Source: a virus
Reading direction: 5' to 3' (one strand)
Virus record (IMG/VR): IMGVR_UViG_3300029651_000001
Coordinates: 22,512-86,511 of that record
Length of the DNA: 64,000 nucleotides
Both the position numbers and the translations under genes were made by a program. The notes beneath the pieces were generated by a model that saw only the letters and a program-made list of their open reading frames with translations, had not been told where the DNA came from and did not search any database. Shown one piece after another: positions 50,701-60,678 of the stretch (its first letter is position 1; the number at the start of each line of letters is the position of its first letter).

Positions 50701-53235
50701 CCGGACAACCGAAATGCCAGATACTTGTCGGAGCTGAGTGGCATCGCTGGCGTGGGTATCGCTGCCGTGGGTGGAGCAATAGCCGGATTCCAAGGCTTCC
50801 TGACACTGGTTAAGGGCTTCGCCACCAAGTTCTCCGGAGCATTGAAGGTCATCTCCACCGCGTCGTCCTGGTCGCCCCTCGGGCGACTCATCACCCTGTT
50901 ATCCTTGGGATTGGCTGCTGGCAAAGGGATCTACGACCGGTTCGTCCCCGGCAATTCATCCCTGGAAACACGCCTGCAAGGTCTGGAGGAGCAACGGGCG
51001 AGCCGTCAGCAGCGGGTAGACGATGTTCGTCAGCAGTTCGCCCCGTTCTCCGCAGATACTCAGGGAGGCCCTGCTGAAGAGGCCAGACAGTTGGCTGATC
51101 AGCTGTACGGTAAGGGGTTGGACGATCTTTCCTTTCAGCTACTTCAAAAGAGACTGGGCACGATCAAACAGAACCTGCTGGACGAGCTTAAGCGGATCTC
51201 CAGCCGTCAGGCGTCAGGCCAGGATCTGGACGAGTCGGAAGAGGCAAAACTCAAGGAGTTTGAAAGGCTTTACGGCTCAGAGCTGTTCTCCGGTGCCTTG
51301 CCATCTACTGTCGAAGGCGCCAAAGCGTTCGTCACATCCCTGCAAAGCTTTTACGCTGGGCTGGAGGAGCGCGGACAAGAGATTGTAGCCGGTCAGGGGG
51401 ACCTCGAGGCCCTGACGGACAAAATCAAGGCGATTAACGCTGAAAGCCAGATACGCCTGGCTTCCACGGACATGACATCACTCCTGATTAGTATTCAGGA
51501 TGCGGCGGTTAATGGCCAGGAGGAAATCCTTGAAGAACTGCGCATCCAGATCAACAAGGCGATCTACATACTGATCAGTCAGGGCAAGGACTCGCTGAAG
51601 AACGTCGACTACGTGCGTCTGTTGAACCTGAGAGATACGGTAGAGCCTGCCATCGAACAGGCTGAGCGGCGGTCCAGGGAGATTGCCCAGGACAAAGATA
51701 GGCTCCAGGCTCTCCGGGAGCGTACTGCTCAAGCTCAGGATCAGGAAGGGGATAAGGATCTTGGCGCGAAGGAGATCGACCGTCTCGACAAGATCCTGGA
51801 AACCAAGCGACGGGTTGTAGATGAACAGATAGCCGTAGCCAAGGATGAGCAGGATCAGGAGAGACTGAGAGCCCTGATTCTGGAGCGTGCCGGCGTCGAG
51901 GAAGCTATTAACCGCTTGTTGACGAAGAAGGCTCAGCTCGAAGGGGTCATCACGGACGACCTGATTCAGCAGGAGGCCGAGCTGCGTCGCAAGCAAAACG
52001 AAGAGCATTCGAAGCGGCTGATCCTTGAGCAGGGGGCTTCCAAGGAGATCGAGAAATCCAACAAGCAGCTCACAACCCAGCGCAACAAGCTGCAAAAGAT
52101 CAATGAGAGGCTGAGTAACGCCGAGCAGCGTTATCGAGAGTCGGTTGACAAACTGAACGAGGCCAGGGGGAAGCAGGCGGAATCCGCCAATTTCTTTGCG
52201 GATGCCAAGCGCGAGCTGTCGGGGCAGCAGATTACTCCGTCCGATCGTATCCGGGAGCTGCTGGATCGTGCGAGGAAACAGCTCAAGGGCGGAGCCTACG
52301 ACGAGGCCGAGTCATCTGCCCGCGGTGTCGTCGATTTCGTCAGATCCGGCGTGCAGGAGGGTACTATCTCCCAGTTCGATGCCGGTAGTGTCGTCGACGA
52401 GGCGGCCAAGATCGCCGCCGACTCTCAGAAAAGGAAAGTCGGTACGGCCGAGGAGCGGGCGATCAGGGACAGGAACGCCCTGATCCAGGTGCAGGCGGAT
52501 GCTGCGGCCGTACAAGCCAAGATCAACGAGCTGGAACGACGGATCGAAGATCTCGGAAAACTGAAGGTAAGCTTCGACCCTAAACAAGTCGATGCTGTGG
52601 CGGACCAGCTTCTGGCTCAACTGGATGCCAAGATTCAAGCACATCCCGTGCAGATCCAAGCTGTCGGCCCGGACGGCAAGCCTGTTGAAACGGAGACTCC
52701 TGGAGGAGGCTCACCGGAGACTGCAACCTCGGCACCGGTTACACCTGATGAGCAGTTCCCGAGGATCTTCAGTTACATCGATAAGTCTGGCCGGCGGGTT
52801 TTCTCTGATAAATCCACTCCCATCGAGAGTGGCCCGGCTTCGACCTTGCCGGACAGCTTGATCGATCGAGCCAACCAGGCGCTGCCTGAGATCACGTTCA
52901 GCAACCCGGCCAACGGGGTTGAGGGAATCTCTCTGGCCGACTCGGAGCGGTACAAGGAACGGCTGAGTCGGGGCGGCCCGAGATTCGGCAACATCTCGGC
53001 TCTGGCTGAACGGGCGGCTCGGATTCAGCCGCCGGACGTGACCGTCCCCAATATCTCTTTACCGGCGACGAGTCCCGCTTCGATCTTGTCCCAGGCAGCT
53101 GAGCAGATGTCCAACAAGACTCCGGTGAACTTGTACATCGGTGGCGAGAAGGTCCCCGTCTTGGCCGATAGTAATGCAGCTGATACACTGCAACGACTAC
53201 TTTCACTCCAAGCGCTCAAGGAAGGGCGACGCTGA
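47761..53235 (+). CDS. tail tape measure protein
   Basis: 1824 aa. Long coiled-coil stretches and a central Gly-rich hydrophobic block (GIAGVGIAAVGGAIAGFQGFL). Confidence 0.9.
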   Translation: MADKIQLDAIVDYVIKAGEVVNPAESQKEFDKLAAALAKQLKIQPIGLDIDVDPNLKFSPQQLAGFRRQVQNLNNSLARAFFSGDANDLELADRLRKQFGNLTNQQAHNVKKFLDSVLSAYNTPATREFSKKQREVLSKVLGGTSVLDLTEYERRLAKEASAIQKAQGRVLRKVLQAFKSVVPQQGAAEAPSELSRIQTLLLPQLETSIQESDKAVRRLDKLLDADRASEAKRLQDLRTRRGTNQLEVSAAKQAEREDKQFADRLAAERRRDAALRVKDVQRERALSFLTGAAGRELETVGGDVARAGKDFDFRLVRRALNSRIQQQLRAAEEAITEAAAQDAFTNVRSLEDLKQKLDERRREVQGTTLGRSLTKKRQLAEESSQFADRLLGQGRLETLDDPTRKAIKDALSRAVASSRAYREAAAGSKDSIEAEKLYLSLLEKEIKFKRELKAIESARQQAAPRADRTRIDQKLADLRALGAQRGRGGRAIESVGGVSNVLDLPKDTYEDALVFLKSEQQRIQRRIKDSDAGTGPRLTPSEISDLNRQFAEQAVAIKKVNAELRGNVGIWHQASLAVRAFFRYAILYGSGFALLEGIRRLTGEVFNLEESLKGIQAVAQATAEDMRSIESAIKQTATTTQFSVQEIAEATQTLAQAGVEAADIPKAIENVALFAGATKSSLQTAADVIASLRMVFSDLSDRTLADQLTNAVNISRLTAEDLKVLISLQAQTAKSFGLSSKQILGLDATLSNIGIKPSTIATGSREALIEILSPDEKTIKALIPLYQKTFNRILTGREIRQRFLDFQKEENPLLAALQEYRRLGIGGGGPNTDAFRGVLERRAENVFLPLLDSLDILERNITQVSRAGAAAEGSETQMEAANNQIRRFGQTILTLTHTIVSDGLPVVSRFFKSLADGAKSLQDRIVDRKATLGEDTSRAALSGLGAGLLTYLLSPGTRLARGALGVVGGIAGTLGSLTASPDNRNARYLSELSGIAGVGIAAVGGAIAGFQGFLTLVKGFATKFSGALKVISTASSWSPLGRLITLLSLGLAAGKGIYDRFVPGNSSLETRLQGLEEQRASRQQRVDDVRQQFAPFSADTQGGPAEEARQLADQLYGKGLDDLSFQLLQKRLGTIKQNLLDELKRISSRQASGQDLDESEEAKLKEFERLYGSELFSGALPSTVEGAKAFVTSLQSFYAGLEERGQEIVAGQGDLEALTDKIKAINAESQIRLASTDMTSLLISIQDAAVNGQEEILEELRIQINKAIYILISQGKDSLKNVDYVRLLNLRDTVEPAIEQAERRSREIAQDKDRLQALRERTAQAQDQEGDKDLGAKEIDRLDKILETKRRVVDEQIAVAKDEQDQERLRALILERAGVEEAINRLLTKKAQLEGVITDDLIQQEAELRRKQNEEHSKRLILEQGASKEIEKSNKQLTTQRNKLQKINERLSNAEQRYRESVDKLNEARGKQAESANFFADAKRELSGQQITPSDRIRELLDRARKQLKGGAYDEAESSARGVVDFVRSGVQEGTISQFDAGSVVDEAAKIAADSQKRKVGTAEERAIRDRNALIQVQADAAAVQAKINELERRIEDLGKLKVSFDPKQVDAVADQLLAQLDAKIQAHPVQIQAVGPDGKPVETETPGGGSPETATSAPVTPDEQFPRIFSYIDKSGRRVFSDKSTPIESGPASTLPDSLIDRANQALPEITFSNPANGVEGISLADSERYKERLSRGGPRFGNISALAERAARIQPPDVTVPNISLPATSPASILSQAAEQMSNKTPVNLYIGGEKVPVLADSNAADTLQRLLSLQALKEGRR

Positions 53236-53759
53236 TGGGATGGACAACACGCAATTTCGCTATCGGGACCGCGATCATCGAAGTTCCCCAGGCGCTCCAG
53301 TTTTCCCAGACCTACGAAGAGTTCGGCGGCGTCAACACGCTCCGCATGGCGGACGGATCGGCGGTTCGTCAATCCAACTGGTCCAAGCTTCGCACAACCT
53401 TGTCCGGGGAAGGGTTCGTCCCACCCGGACTTGCCGGTATCACCTGGAAAACTCAACAGACCTTGAAGTGCAGCATTGCACGAGCCATCCAATCCTCGAA
53501 CAACGTCATCGCCATACCGGCCGCCCGACGCACAGACGCTGGCTATGAAGTCAAGGGGTACGCCCTGAAGGATGGGATGTGGAGACCATCACCCGTCGAG
53601 GTTGTTTCCAACACAGCTACCGTGACCGCTGTTTCCGGGGCGGTTGCCTATATGGTCGAATATTTCCCGCAATTTACGGCGTTTATCGAGGCGCCTCAGA
53701 CCGACTTCAACCGGACGACTGGGACCTTTCGCTGGACGATCAATGCAGAGGAGATTTAA
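53235..53759 (+). CDS. distal tail protein candidate
   Basis: 174 aa with an ATGA junction to the tape measure gene. Confidence 0.6.
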   Translation: MGWTTRNFAIGTAIIEVPQALQFSQTYEEFGGVNTLRMADGSAVRQSNWSKLRTTLSGEGFVPPGLAGITWKTQQTLKCSIARAIQSSNNVIAIPAARRTDAGYEVKGYALKDGMWRPSPVEVVSNTATVTAVSGAVAYMVEYFPQFTAFIEAPQTDFNRTTGTFRWTINAEEI

Positions 53760-53762
53760 AAC

Positions 53763-54653
53763 GTGGCTTTGGTAATTCGGGACCGAGCAAAAGTACTGTC
53801 CACATCAACAGGCACCGGTGATTTTACCCTTGGAGCTGCCGTATCCGGCTTTCAGGAGTGGGCAGCGGCCGATGGGGATCAGGCATACTATGTCATCGCC
53901 GATTTTAATGGGAATTTTGAAGTCGGCTTCGGGGATATCATAGTCAGTGGAGGCACGACTCTCGTACGGACAACTGTGCTGGACGGATCAAATGGACCTG
54001 GCAACCTGGTGAACTTCCCTGCCGGTGACAAGCATGTGGGAATCAACATTCCGGCCCACACATATAAATCGATCGCTGTGGGTCCGCCTAATCCGTTCGT
54101 ATCCTTTACTTATCCGAAGGCAAGCGATGTGGGGGGTTTCGCTGTCGGGGATGGGGCATTTGCTGATGCCGGAAACGCAATAGCTATAGGGCCTCGATCT
54201 TACAGTCGACTCTTCGGCGAAATTGCAATGGGTAACGGGAACGCCCTTACTGGGGGGAGTGGTATAGCTCATCGCAGTTTTATCGGACTATCTAGTCTTA
54301 CGACCGATGCGACCCCCAGCACACTGCTTACAGCCGATTTAGGGGAGATAGACTTCTTAGCTGAAACAGCCTGCTTGATGGATATCTCTCTTGTCGCAAG
54401 GAATACGTCGGGTACGGAATCCAGGTTCTTCAGGGTTGAAGACCTAGGAATCCGCGTAGACGCTTCGAACCCTCCTGTCATTGTGGGTACTCCTACCCTC
54501 ACGTCGTTCGGGGACGCGGGCACAACCTCTTGGGCTTTGGACTCCCCAACCATAGTCGAAGGAGCCCTCAGGCTAACGGTGACCGGGGAAGCAGGAAAAA
54601 CCATTCACTGGTACGCCAGTGTGCAGGCCGTGTTTGTTGGTTACGTCGGGTAA
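53763..54653 (+). CDS. tail-tip protein
   Basis: 296 aa with a GTG start. Confidence 0.65.
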   Translation: MALVIRDRAKVLSTSTGTGDFTLGAAVSGFQEWAAADGDQAYYVIADFNGNFEVGFGDIIVSGGTTLVRTTVLDGSNGPGNLVNFPAGDKHVGINIPAHTYKSIAVGPPNPFVSFTYPKASDVGGFAVGDGAFADAGNAIAIGPRSYSRLFGEIAMGNGNALTGGSGIAHRSFIGLSSLTTDATPSTLLTADLGEIDFLAETACLMDISLVARNTSGTESRFFRVEDLGIRVDASNPPVIVGTPTLTSFGDAGTTSWALDSPTIVEGALRLTVTGEAGKTIHWYASVQAVFVGYVG

Positions 54654-54665
54654 CGTGTAGCCTAT

Positions 54666-57437
54666 ATGAGCATCCTGAACAACAGCATCGCGGAAGATGT
54701 TATCGCATCTACAGGAGGGGCCGATACCGACTCCGGCTTAACGGGCGCTGCCGTCAGTTCTGCGGAAGTAGTAGGTGAGCTAACCACTAGCATACCCCTT
54801 GCCGGCGATGCTCAGGCTCAAGTAGCTTCAGGACCCACGTCCCTGCACACGATCATTGGTGTCGAGACCTTCTCTGCCACGTTCGAACAGATTATTTACG
54901 AGTTCGGATCGATCACTGCCACGCTAGAGCAGCAGATTACTGCCGACGTCTATTCCCTCAAGGCCCAGATACAGCAAGTCGTTTACGAAGCCGGTACGAT
55001 ATCGACTACTGTCGAACAGCAGATTGTCGACTACGAGGTAGGCACACTATCAATAAGCCTGGAAATTCAGGTTTACACTACTGGTACGATTGCTATCACA
55101 GTCGAACAACAGATTTATGACCCTGACTCCCTCTTCCCCATAGCAGGGGACACCCAGCTCTGGGCTGTAAAGGTCTACTTAGAAGATATCGACGTCTCCG
55201 CCAGCATCACAGGTCTGGTCACGGTCGATGCTGAAGAAGGCTCCGCACGCATTGCCACTTTCGTTCTGAGGCCAACTTTTGGACCTATCTCGATAACCTC
55301 CTGGGTCAATAAGCCGGTCCGGATTGATTATCAGTTGGCGACGCCAGGCGGCACAGTGACTAGAGCTTTGTTCGTGGGCAGAGTGGATACACCGGAGTAC
55401 GACCCGAACACTCGACTGACCACTTTCAAGTGCTCGGACTTCTTGCAGAAGCGTTGGGAGCAGTCGTCGCGCAAGAAGATCCTGGCTGATCTCGGAGGGT
55501 ATTGGTCCAGCACCGTCTTCGACGAACATGCCAGCAACGTGGACTATGCCAATGACGTGCTCTCCACGATTCCAGCAAGTTATGACCTGACAGTCGACGG
55601 TGTCGGTAGGTTGACCTACTGGCACACAGCATCAGCGCAGGATTTTACGTTCTCCGAAGCACACATCATGGACAGATCGCTAACAGTCGAACTTGCATCG
55701 AGCCGGAGCGTGCTTAACCAGCTAGAACTTGAGGTAGGGTTCCGGTTTGACCGTATCCACGAACAACACCAACGATATTATTGGGACTTTTTCCTGTCAT
55801 CATTCAGTTTGAGCTGGAATGACGTAGGGGTTAACGGCATCCCTCTCCCGACCACTGGCATGATTCAGGACGCCATCAAAGGTGTGGATTGGCCGTTGGT
55901 AGGGGCGCCGGTGTTCTTTGCTCCACCTTCTTACACAGAGTATTACACAACAAGCTCGGACGGCTCGTTGAATGTCGGTTACCTGATTAACCCCCCGGGG
56001 CTCTGCATTGGGGCCAACTTCACCTTGGCCAAGCGCTGGGCGCAGCAGATCACAGAGCGCAGCCGATTCGTCGTGAAAGCTCCCCAAAGTATCGAGCAGA
56101 TGGGACTTGTTCGGGAGGAGCGGAGCTACGCCTACGAACCGGATCCCAGCTCACATCGCTTCTATAACGTCTTTGAAGAGACCTGGAACAAACCCTATGT
56201 CGAGGGTCGTGTCGGATCGGCTTCGGTCGTCAGCCAGCAGTTTGAGCCGGCCGATGCCGTCGCCGGGAGTTATGTCTGGTACCGTTACCCATTCCCATCC
56301 GCAGCAAACAGCACCGATTACGGCAAGTATGTGGACCTCGACGATATCCAGATCGTGAACCTTTTGCCCAGCCCTGAAACATTCTCAACATGGTCAGGGA
56401 GTGCTGGGGTAATCGATAACGTCGACATCAACCTCGACGGAGAAGCCAAGGGGGCCAAGTTGTTTGTCTATTCGGGCACGTACCGGGAGACATCTGTCAA
56501 TGTGGAATCTGCCGCCACGTATACAGCATCCGTTTATTTGAAGACGGACGCCGTGAACAGCGGTCGGACGACTTACTTGACCGCGTCGGATGATGACGGC
56601 GTCATGGAAGCCGTGGTATGTCATCTGTCCACTCAATGGGCGAGGTATAGCGTCACCCTCACTACAGGTCAAAACGCTGATACCCTTACGCTCAGGATTG
56701 GTGAGGGTGACGCCGCGGTTGTCTTCGCCGACCGGGCTATGGTCAACGAGGGCCCTCTCCTCGAATACACGTCCGGCACAGGTAAGTCCAGCCGACAGCT
56801 AGCCCAGGAGGCTATCGTCTGTGCTCAAGCACAGGCCAGGACATCGATTTTGGCGTCCCACCGGCAGAACTACGTACAATTCCAAACCACACTGAACCCC
56901 TTGCTGGAACGGTTCCACAAGATACGGATCGACACCGAGACTGTGCAGGCGACCGGCAAGGTAAAGCAGATCACACATGAGATGGACACCTTAAACGGGG
57001 CTGCTTTGACAACGGTTCGGTTGGCGATTAGTAAAGTGGTAGCTACATCCGTGCCGGATGAAACTGTTCTGTCCGCCCCAGCCAAAGCCGTGTCAGCTCC
57101 TGTCGTGCCGGATGCTGACGAAGCTTATTCAGTTGGCAGGTTAGGGACTTGGATAGGCTTCCTTGAGAACGAAGTGCCTGGCGCACCCTACGACTATGCG
57201 TCAGGAATCAATGGCACAGCATACTTGTCCCATGATCCGATCTATGGGTATATCGCCGATGCTACGTCTACCCGCTACAACTTCGACTTGAGCAAAACCT
57301 ACTATGGATATGGAGAACCTCGTTTCGTCATTGGGACTCCGGCGATCCACCGCAGTAACACCGACGAGATAATCCGATATAATCAAGACGAGGTGATCGT
57401 CGCCATTCCAGACGACGAGCTTGTGATGGCGGCCTAA
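54666..57437 (+). CDS. large tail-tip/host-specificity protein
   Basis: 923 aa with N-terminal repeats of the TxEQQI type. Confidence 0.75.
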   Translation: MSILNNSIAEDVIASTGGADTDSGLTGAAVSSAEVVGELTTSIPLAGDAQAQVASGPTSLHTIIGVETFSATFEQIIYEFGSITATLEQQITADVYSLKAQIQQVVYEAGTISTTVEQQIVDYEVGTLSISLEIQVYTTGTIAITVEQQIYDPDSLFPIAGDTQLWAVKVYLEDIDVSASITGLVTVDAEEGSARIATFVLRPTFGPISITSWVNKPVRIDYQLATPGGTVTRALFVGRVDTPEYDPNTRLTTFKCSDFLQKRWEQSSRKKILADLGGYWSSTVFDEHASNVDYANDVLSTIPASYDLTVDGVGRLTYWHTASAQDFTFSEAHIMDRSLTVELASSRSVLNQLELEVGFRFDRIHEQHQRYYWDFFLSSFSLSWNDVGVNGIPLPTTGMIQDAIKGVDWPLVGAPVFFAPPSYTEYYTTSSDGSLNVGYLINPPGLCIGANFTLAKRWAQQITERSRFVVKAPQSIEQMGLVREERSYAYEPDPSSHRFYNVFEETWNKPYVEGRVGSASVVSQQFEPADAVAGSYVWYRYPFPSAANSTDYGKYVDLDDIQIVNLLPSPETFSTWSGSAGVIDNVDINLDGEAKGAKLFVYSGTYRETSVNVESAATYTASVYLKTDAVNSGRTTYLTASDDDGVMEAVVCHLSTQWARYSVTLTTGQNADTLTLRIGEGDAAVVFADRAMVNEGPLLEYTSGTGKSSRQLAQEAIVCAQAQARTSILASHRQNYVQFQTTLNPLLERFHKIRIDTETVQATGKVKQITHEMDTLNGAALTTVRLAISKVVATSVPDETVLSAPAKAVSAPVVPDADEAYSVGRLGTWIGFLENEVPGAPYDYASGINGTAYLSHDPIYGYIADATSTRYNFDLSKTYYGYGEPRFVIGTPAIHRSNTDEIIRYNQDEVIVAIPDDELVMAA

Positions 57438-57451
57438 ACACGGAGGTTGAA

Positions 57452-57880
57452 GTGGCTCTATCTTTCAAACTGTATACGGACGCAGGGCTTACTACCCCTT
57501 TGGTGAGCAACCTGGTGTGCGCCCAGAAGGCCGACGGCAGTTCCGACCCCGTGGACAAGGTGGTTTATCTGGGGTCTACTACGGCAAATCGTAAAATTGA
57601 GGCAGACTCCAATCCTGGAGTGGATCAGATCGTGGTCAGCATCGTCGATGCAGCCCCCGGTTCCGGGCACCCGGCGACCGAGGTCAAGTTGGCAACTACT
57701 CTGCTAGGGTTGGGCTCGGCAACAGGAGGCGACCCCTTGAATCTGGGGACGTCAATCTTGTCTGGCGTTGAGAATGCTGTTCCTATCTATATTCGCGTGG
57801 ACGACACAACCGGTGTCGTAGGCACATCCACGGAATTGTCTATTGCCATTGCTGCTGTCCGAGAGACGGATACCGCGTAA
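57452..57880 (+). CDS. tail-tip accessory protein
   Basis: 142 aa with a GTG start after ACGGAGG. Confidence 0.6.
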   Translation: MALSFKLYTDAGLTTPLVSNLVCAQKADGSSDPVDKVVYLGSTTANRKIEADSNPGVDQIVVSIVDAAPGSGHPATEVKLATTLLGLGSATGGDPLNLGTSILSGVENAVPIYIRVDDTTGVVGTSTELSIAIAAVRETDTA

Positions 57881-58257
57881 TGACTGACGAGGTGAACAAG
57901 GCCTGGAAGGGCCGCACGGACGAAAGACTAGCCGATGAGATCAGCAAGCTCTCGTCCCCCGAGAAAAAGAAGAACCAGACCTTAGGCCCAGCACGGTCGA
58001 CAAAGTCGATCGAGGCCAGCATTGGGATAGGCAAATTAACTGTCGCAGACGTGGGGACTGGTTCCGGAAGTGGTGGAGGAATTGCACCCCCTCTGACTGA
58101 GGAGGATGTCTCCCAGCGGGTTTATTGGGATGACCAAGTCAGCACGTCTTCAGATGGGCTGTTCACCATTGAAGTCTCCCCGATACAATCGATCACGTTG
58201 ATGGATGCAAACGGCAACCCAGTGGTCATCAACTTTGCTGAACCTAACCTATTATGA
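57880..58257 (+). CDS. tail-tip accessory protein
   Basis: 125 aa with an ATGA junction. Confidence 0.6.
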   Translation: MTDEVNKAWKGRTDERLADEISKLSSPEKKKNQTLGPARSTKSIEASIGIGKLTVADVGTGSGSGGGIAPPLTEEDVSQRVYWDDQVSTSSDGLFTIEVSPIQSITLMDANGNPVVINFAEPNLL

Positions 58258-59957
58258 GTCACCCGGACATGAAGCGACAACTGGGAAAGCTTCAGGTATG
58301 GGGCAACCCACTGCACGGATTGGTTAAGGGAGGTAAGCTCTGGCTTCCGGAAACCACTCAGCCGGCGATTTCTGGCGGCAACTACTACCTAGCCAATGGT
58401 TTGCAATGCTTTTGGGACGCAGCGGAGGGTCGATATTACCTCCCTTGTGAGCAGCCTCATGGAGTGGTGTACTCCGAGTATGGTAGAGCTTTACGGCTTA
58501 AGCGCCCCGGCTGGACTGCGCCGAGCCGAACGGCTGGACAACTGGCTGAAGACGAGATCAACGGGTTCTCGTGGCGTCCAGAATCTATAATGTCAGGCGC
58601 CAGAGGGAAGATTTACCGGAAAGATACGTTTGGTTCGTGGGTATACTTTGCTAGTGATAACTCAAGGTGGTTGGTCAAGATTACGTCGGTTGCAGTTAAT
58701 TCTTCGGCCAACAACGCCACTATGGCCATCACGATGGTCCGGTTCGGGGAGTTTGGCAAAGCGCCGGAAAGTAAAAACTACACAATTGAATGGGAGGATA
58801 TTGGGGGGTCCTTCTCTCCACTGCCGTCCGGATGGGCCATAGTTAATGATTGGTTGTTGGAGGATTGCAAGTCGGATGGGTCCGTTGCAGTATTCTCTAT
58901 CCGTGCGAGATATGTAGGCTCAGATGTTTTCTGGCAATCCGGAGTTTCTTCCGACTTAAAGACCCACCAACGAGCAGCATCCCTTATATCCCTGACCATC
59001 GACTATAACTCTCTCAGTTCGGAGTTCTCGTTCACCCCATCAGTTCACTTGCCATACAGTTCCGTTAGAGGATCTAACACATTGTTGAACAATGGTAGTC
59101 AGGTAACCTATGACAAGATAGCAACTGTAGTCCCCAACGAGCAGTGGGTGCGAGGGCTAACGACCACCTACCAAAGATCAAGCTCAGTAACAGATATTGT
59201 GTTGGGCGGGTTTTTTGATGACAATGATGTTTTCCAGGTAGTTAAAGTCAACAGTGAATCCGCGATGAGCGGTGAAGGTTCGATGACCCCCTTACCCGAT
59301 GAAGCACCTAGTTGGAGTGGATCTGCGTCCTCCACTCACTCAGGCACATTTTCTCTCTCCTTATGGTTAAATGATGAAAATCTTTACTCAGTCCCGGTTA
59401 CCTATTCTGCCGAGGAGCATAAGGATTTTTCCTGGGCCGGGTTTGTTCCTGTCGGTACCACAATAGGTTCAGTAACAACCTCAAAAACTTGGAATGCTCT
59501 AGGTCAACAAGGCACTCTTGAAACTACTGACGTAGTTTCGGTTCTTGCATCTCCCGTTGGAACTTTCACTATAGGCGCAGGTCCAAATCCCCTCCCAGGC
59601 ATCATGCCTGATGTACAAGGTTTGTCTTTTAATGCTGGGTTTTCTTCTCCTGTGTCTACCTATGATGGGTGGATAGCCTTCGAGACTGGATCTAGTCAGC
59701 TTGATCGACAGGACATCATCCCGATTATCCTAAGACCATCTAACAAATTGTTCGTAATTGTTTTAGGTATCCTCACAACAACACTGAATAATGGGGCGCC
59801 TGTCGGATCCAGTGTGGAGTATATCTCTGCAATAGCTGTTCACCCGGCGGGGACGACCGAACTCCCTGGTCCATTTGATGCTCTCCCAGTCTATGGGTCA
59901 TACGACCCCTACACGCAGGAAGTAGCTGTAGGGACAGAGCCGATGTGTTTCGTGTGA
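58254..59957 (+). CDS. tail fibre/receptor-binding candidate
   Basis: 567 aa. Last gene of the late operon. Confidence 0.65.
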   Translation: MSHPDMKRQLGKLQVWGNPLHGLVKGGKLWLPETTQPAISGGNYYLANGLQCFWDAAEGRYYLPCEQPHGVVYSEYGRALRLKRPGWTAPSRTAGQLAEDEINGFSWRPESIMSGARGKIYRKDTFGSWVYFASDNSRWLVKITSVAVNSSANNATMAITMVRFGEFGKAPESKNYTIEWEDIGGSFSPLPSGWAIVNDWLLEDCKSDGSVAVFSIRARYVGSDVFWQSGVSSDLKTHQRAASLISLTIDYNSLSSEFSFTPSVHLPYSSVRGSNTLLNNGSQVTYDKIATVVPNEQWVRGLTTTYQRSSSVTDIVLGGFFDDNDVFQVVKVNSESAMSGEGSMTPLPDEAPSWSGSASSTHSGTFSLSLWLNDENLYSVPVTYSAEEHKDFSWAGFVPVGTTIGSVTTSKTWNALGQQGTLETTDVVSVLASPVGTFTIGAGPNPLPGIMPDVQGLSFNAGFSSPVSTYDGWIAFETGSSQLDRQDIIPIILRPSNKLFVIVLGILTTTLNNGAPVGSSVEYISAIAVHPAGTTELPGPFDALPVYGSYDPYTQEVAVGTEPMCFV

Positions 59958-59970
59958 GCGCGTAAAGCAC

Positions 59971-60561
59971 TTATTCCTTTCTGACTCTCCCTGCCGGCGT
60001 CATAGTCAAGGTTTTTGTGCTATGGGGCCACGTCATCGTCAGCGTGTACGATATGATCTCATTCGGAGCCCCGGATGTGGCTGACCCTGACATGTCGTAA
60101 CCGAGGGAATACGTCGTGGAGCCATCTGGCTTGGTCAAGGAAACCGCTGCTTTCGGCGCGTCCATCACTTTCAGTATTTCATCACACAAACCCTTCAGCT
60201 TTTTGGCCGCGTCACAGCTAGCGTCGTAATCGTAGGCTAGGTTGCGATTCACGTCGACGAAGGTCATAACCCCCTTACTCCAATCTGAACCACACTCCTT
60301 GCCAGGACTGTCGACAGCTACACTCTCGTCCGTGGCGCACAAAGCCACCACTTTTCCTCGCTTGATAGCTTCGGATCTTGCGAACGCAAGATGGGACAAC
60401 CAGCTGTTGACTTCGGCGGAGGCCCGGTTCCTTTGCAGCATGTCGTTGAATGACGGCACCCCAATGGTTAGTAAAATAGCCGACACAGCTATCGTTACCA
60501 TAAGCTCGATCAGTGTTACGCCCCTCATACGCACCCCTACAAAATGCCACAGGGTAAGCAT
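59971..60561 (-). CDS. FimT/GspH-family minor (pseudo)pilin with a prepilin leader
   Basis: Motif RG|VTLIELMVTIAVSAILLTIGVPSF is a type IV prepilin cleavage/methylation motif. Confidence 0.8.
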   Translation of the reverse strand: MLTLWHFVGVRMRGVTLIELMVTIAVSAILLTIGVPSFNDMLQRNRASAEVNSWLSHLAFARSEAIKRGKVVALCATDESVAVDSPGKECGSDWSKGVMTFVDVNRNLAYDYDASCDAAKKLKGLCDEILKVMDAPKAAVSLTKPDGSTTYSLGYDMSGSATSGAPNEIISYTLTMTWPHSTKTLTMTPAGRVRKE

Positions 60562-60678
60562 AGTTCATGTGACAAATTTGTGCCTTTGCACAATGCCACA
60601 CATGTATGTTAACGCCGGTGTTGCAACGGTCGGCCTGCGTTAACTCCTTGATTTAACTATACTTCACATTATGTAGGA

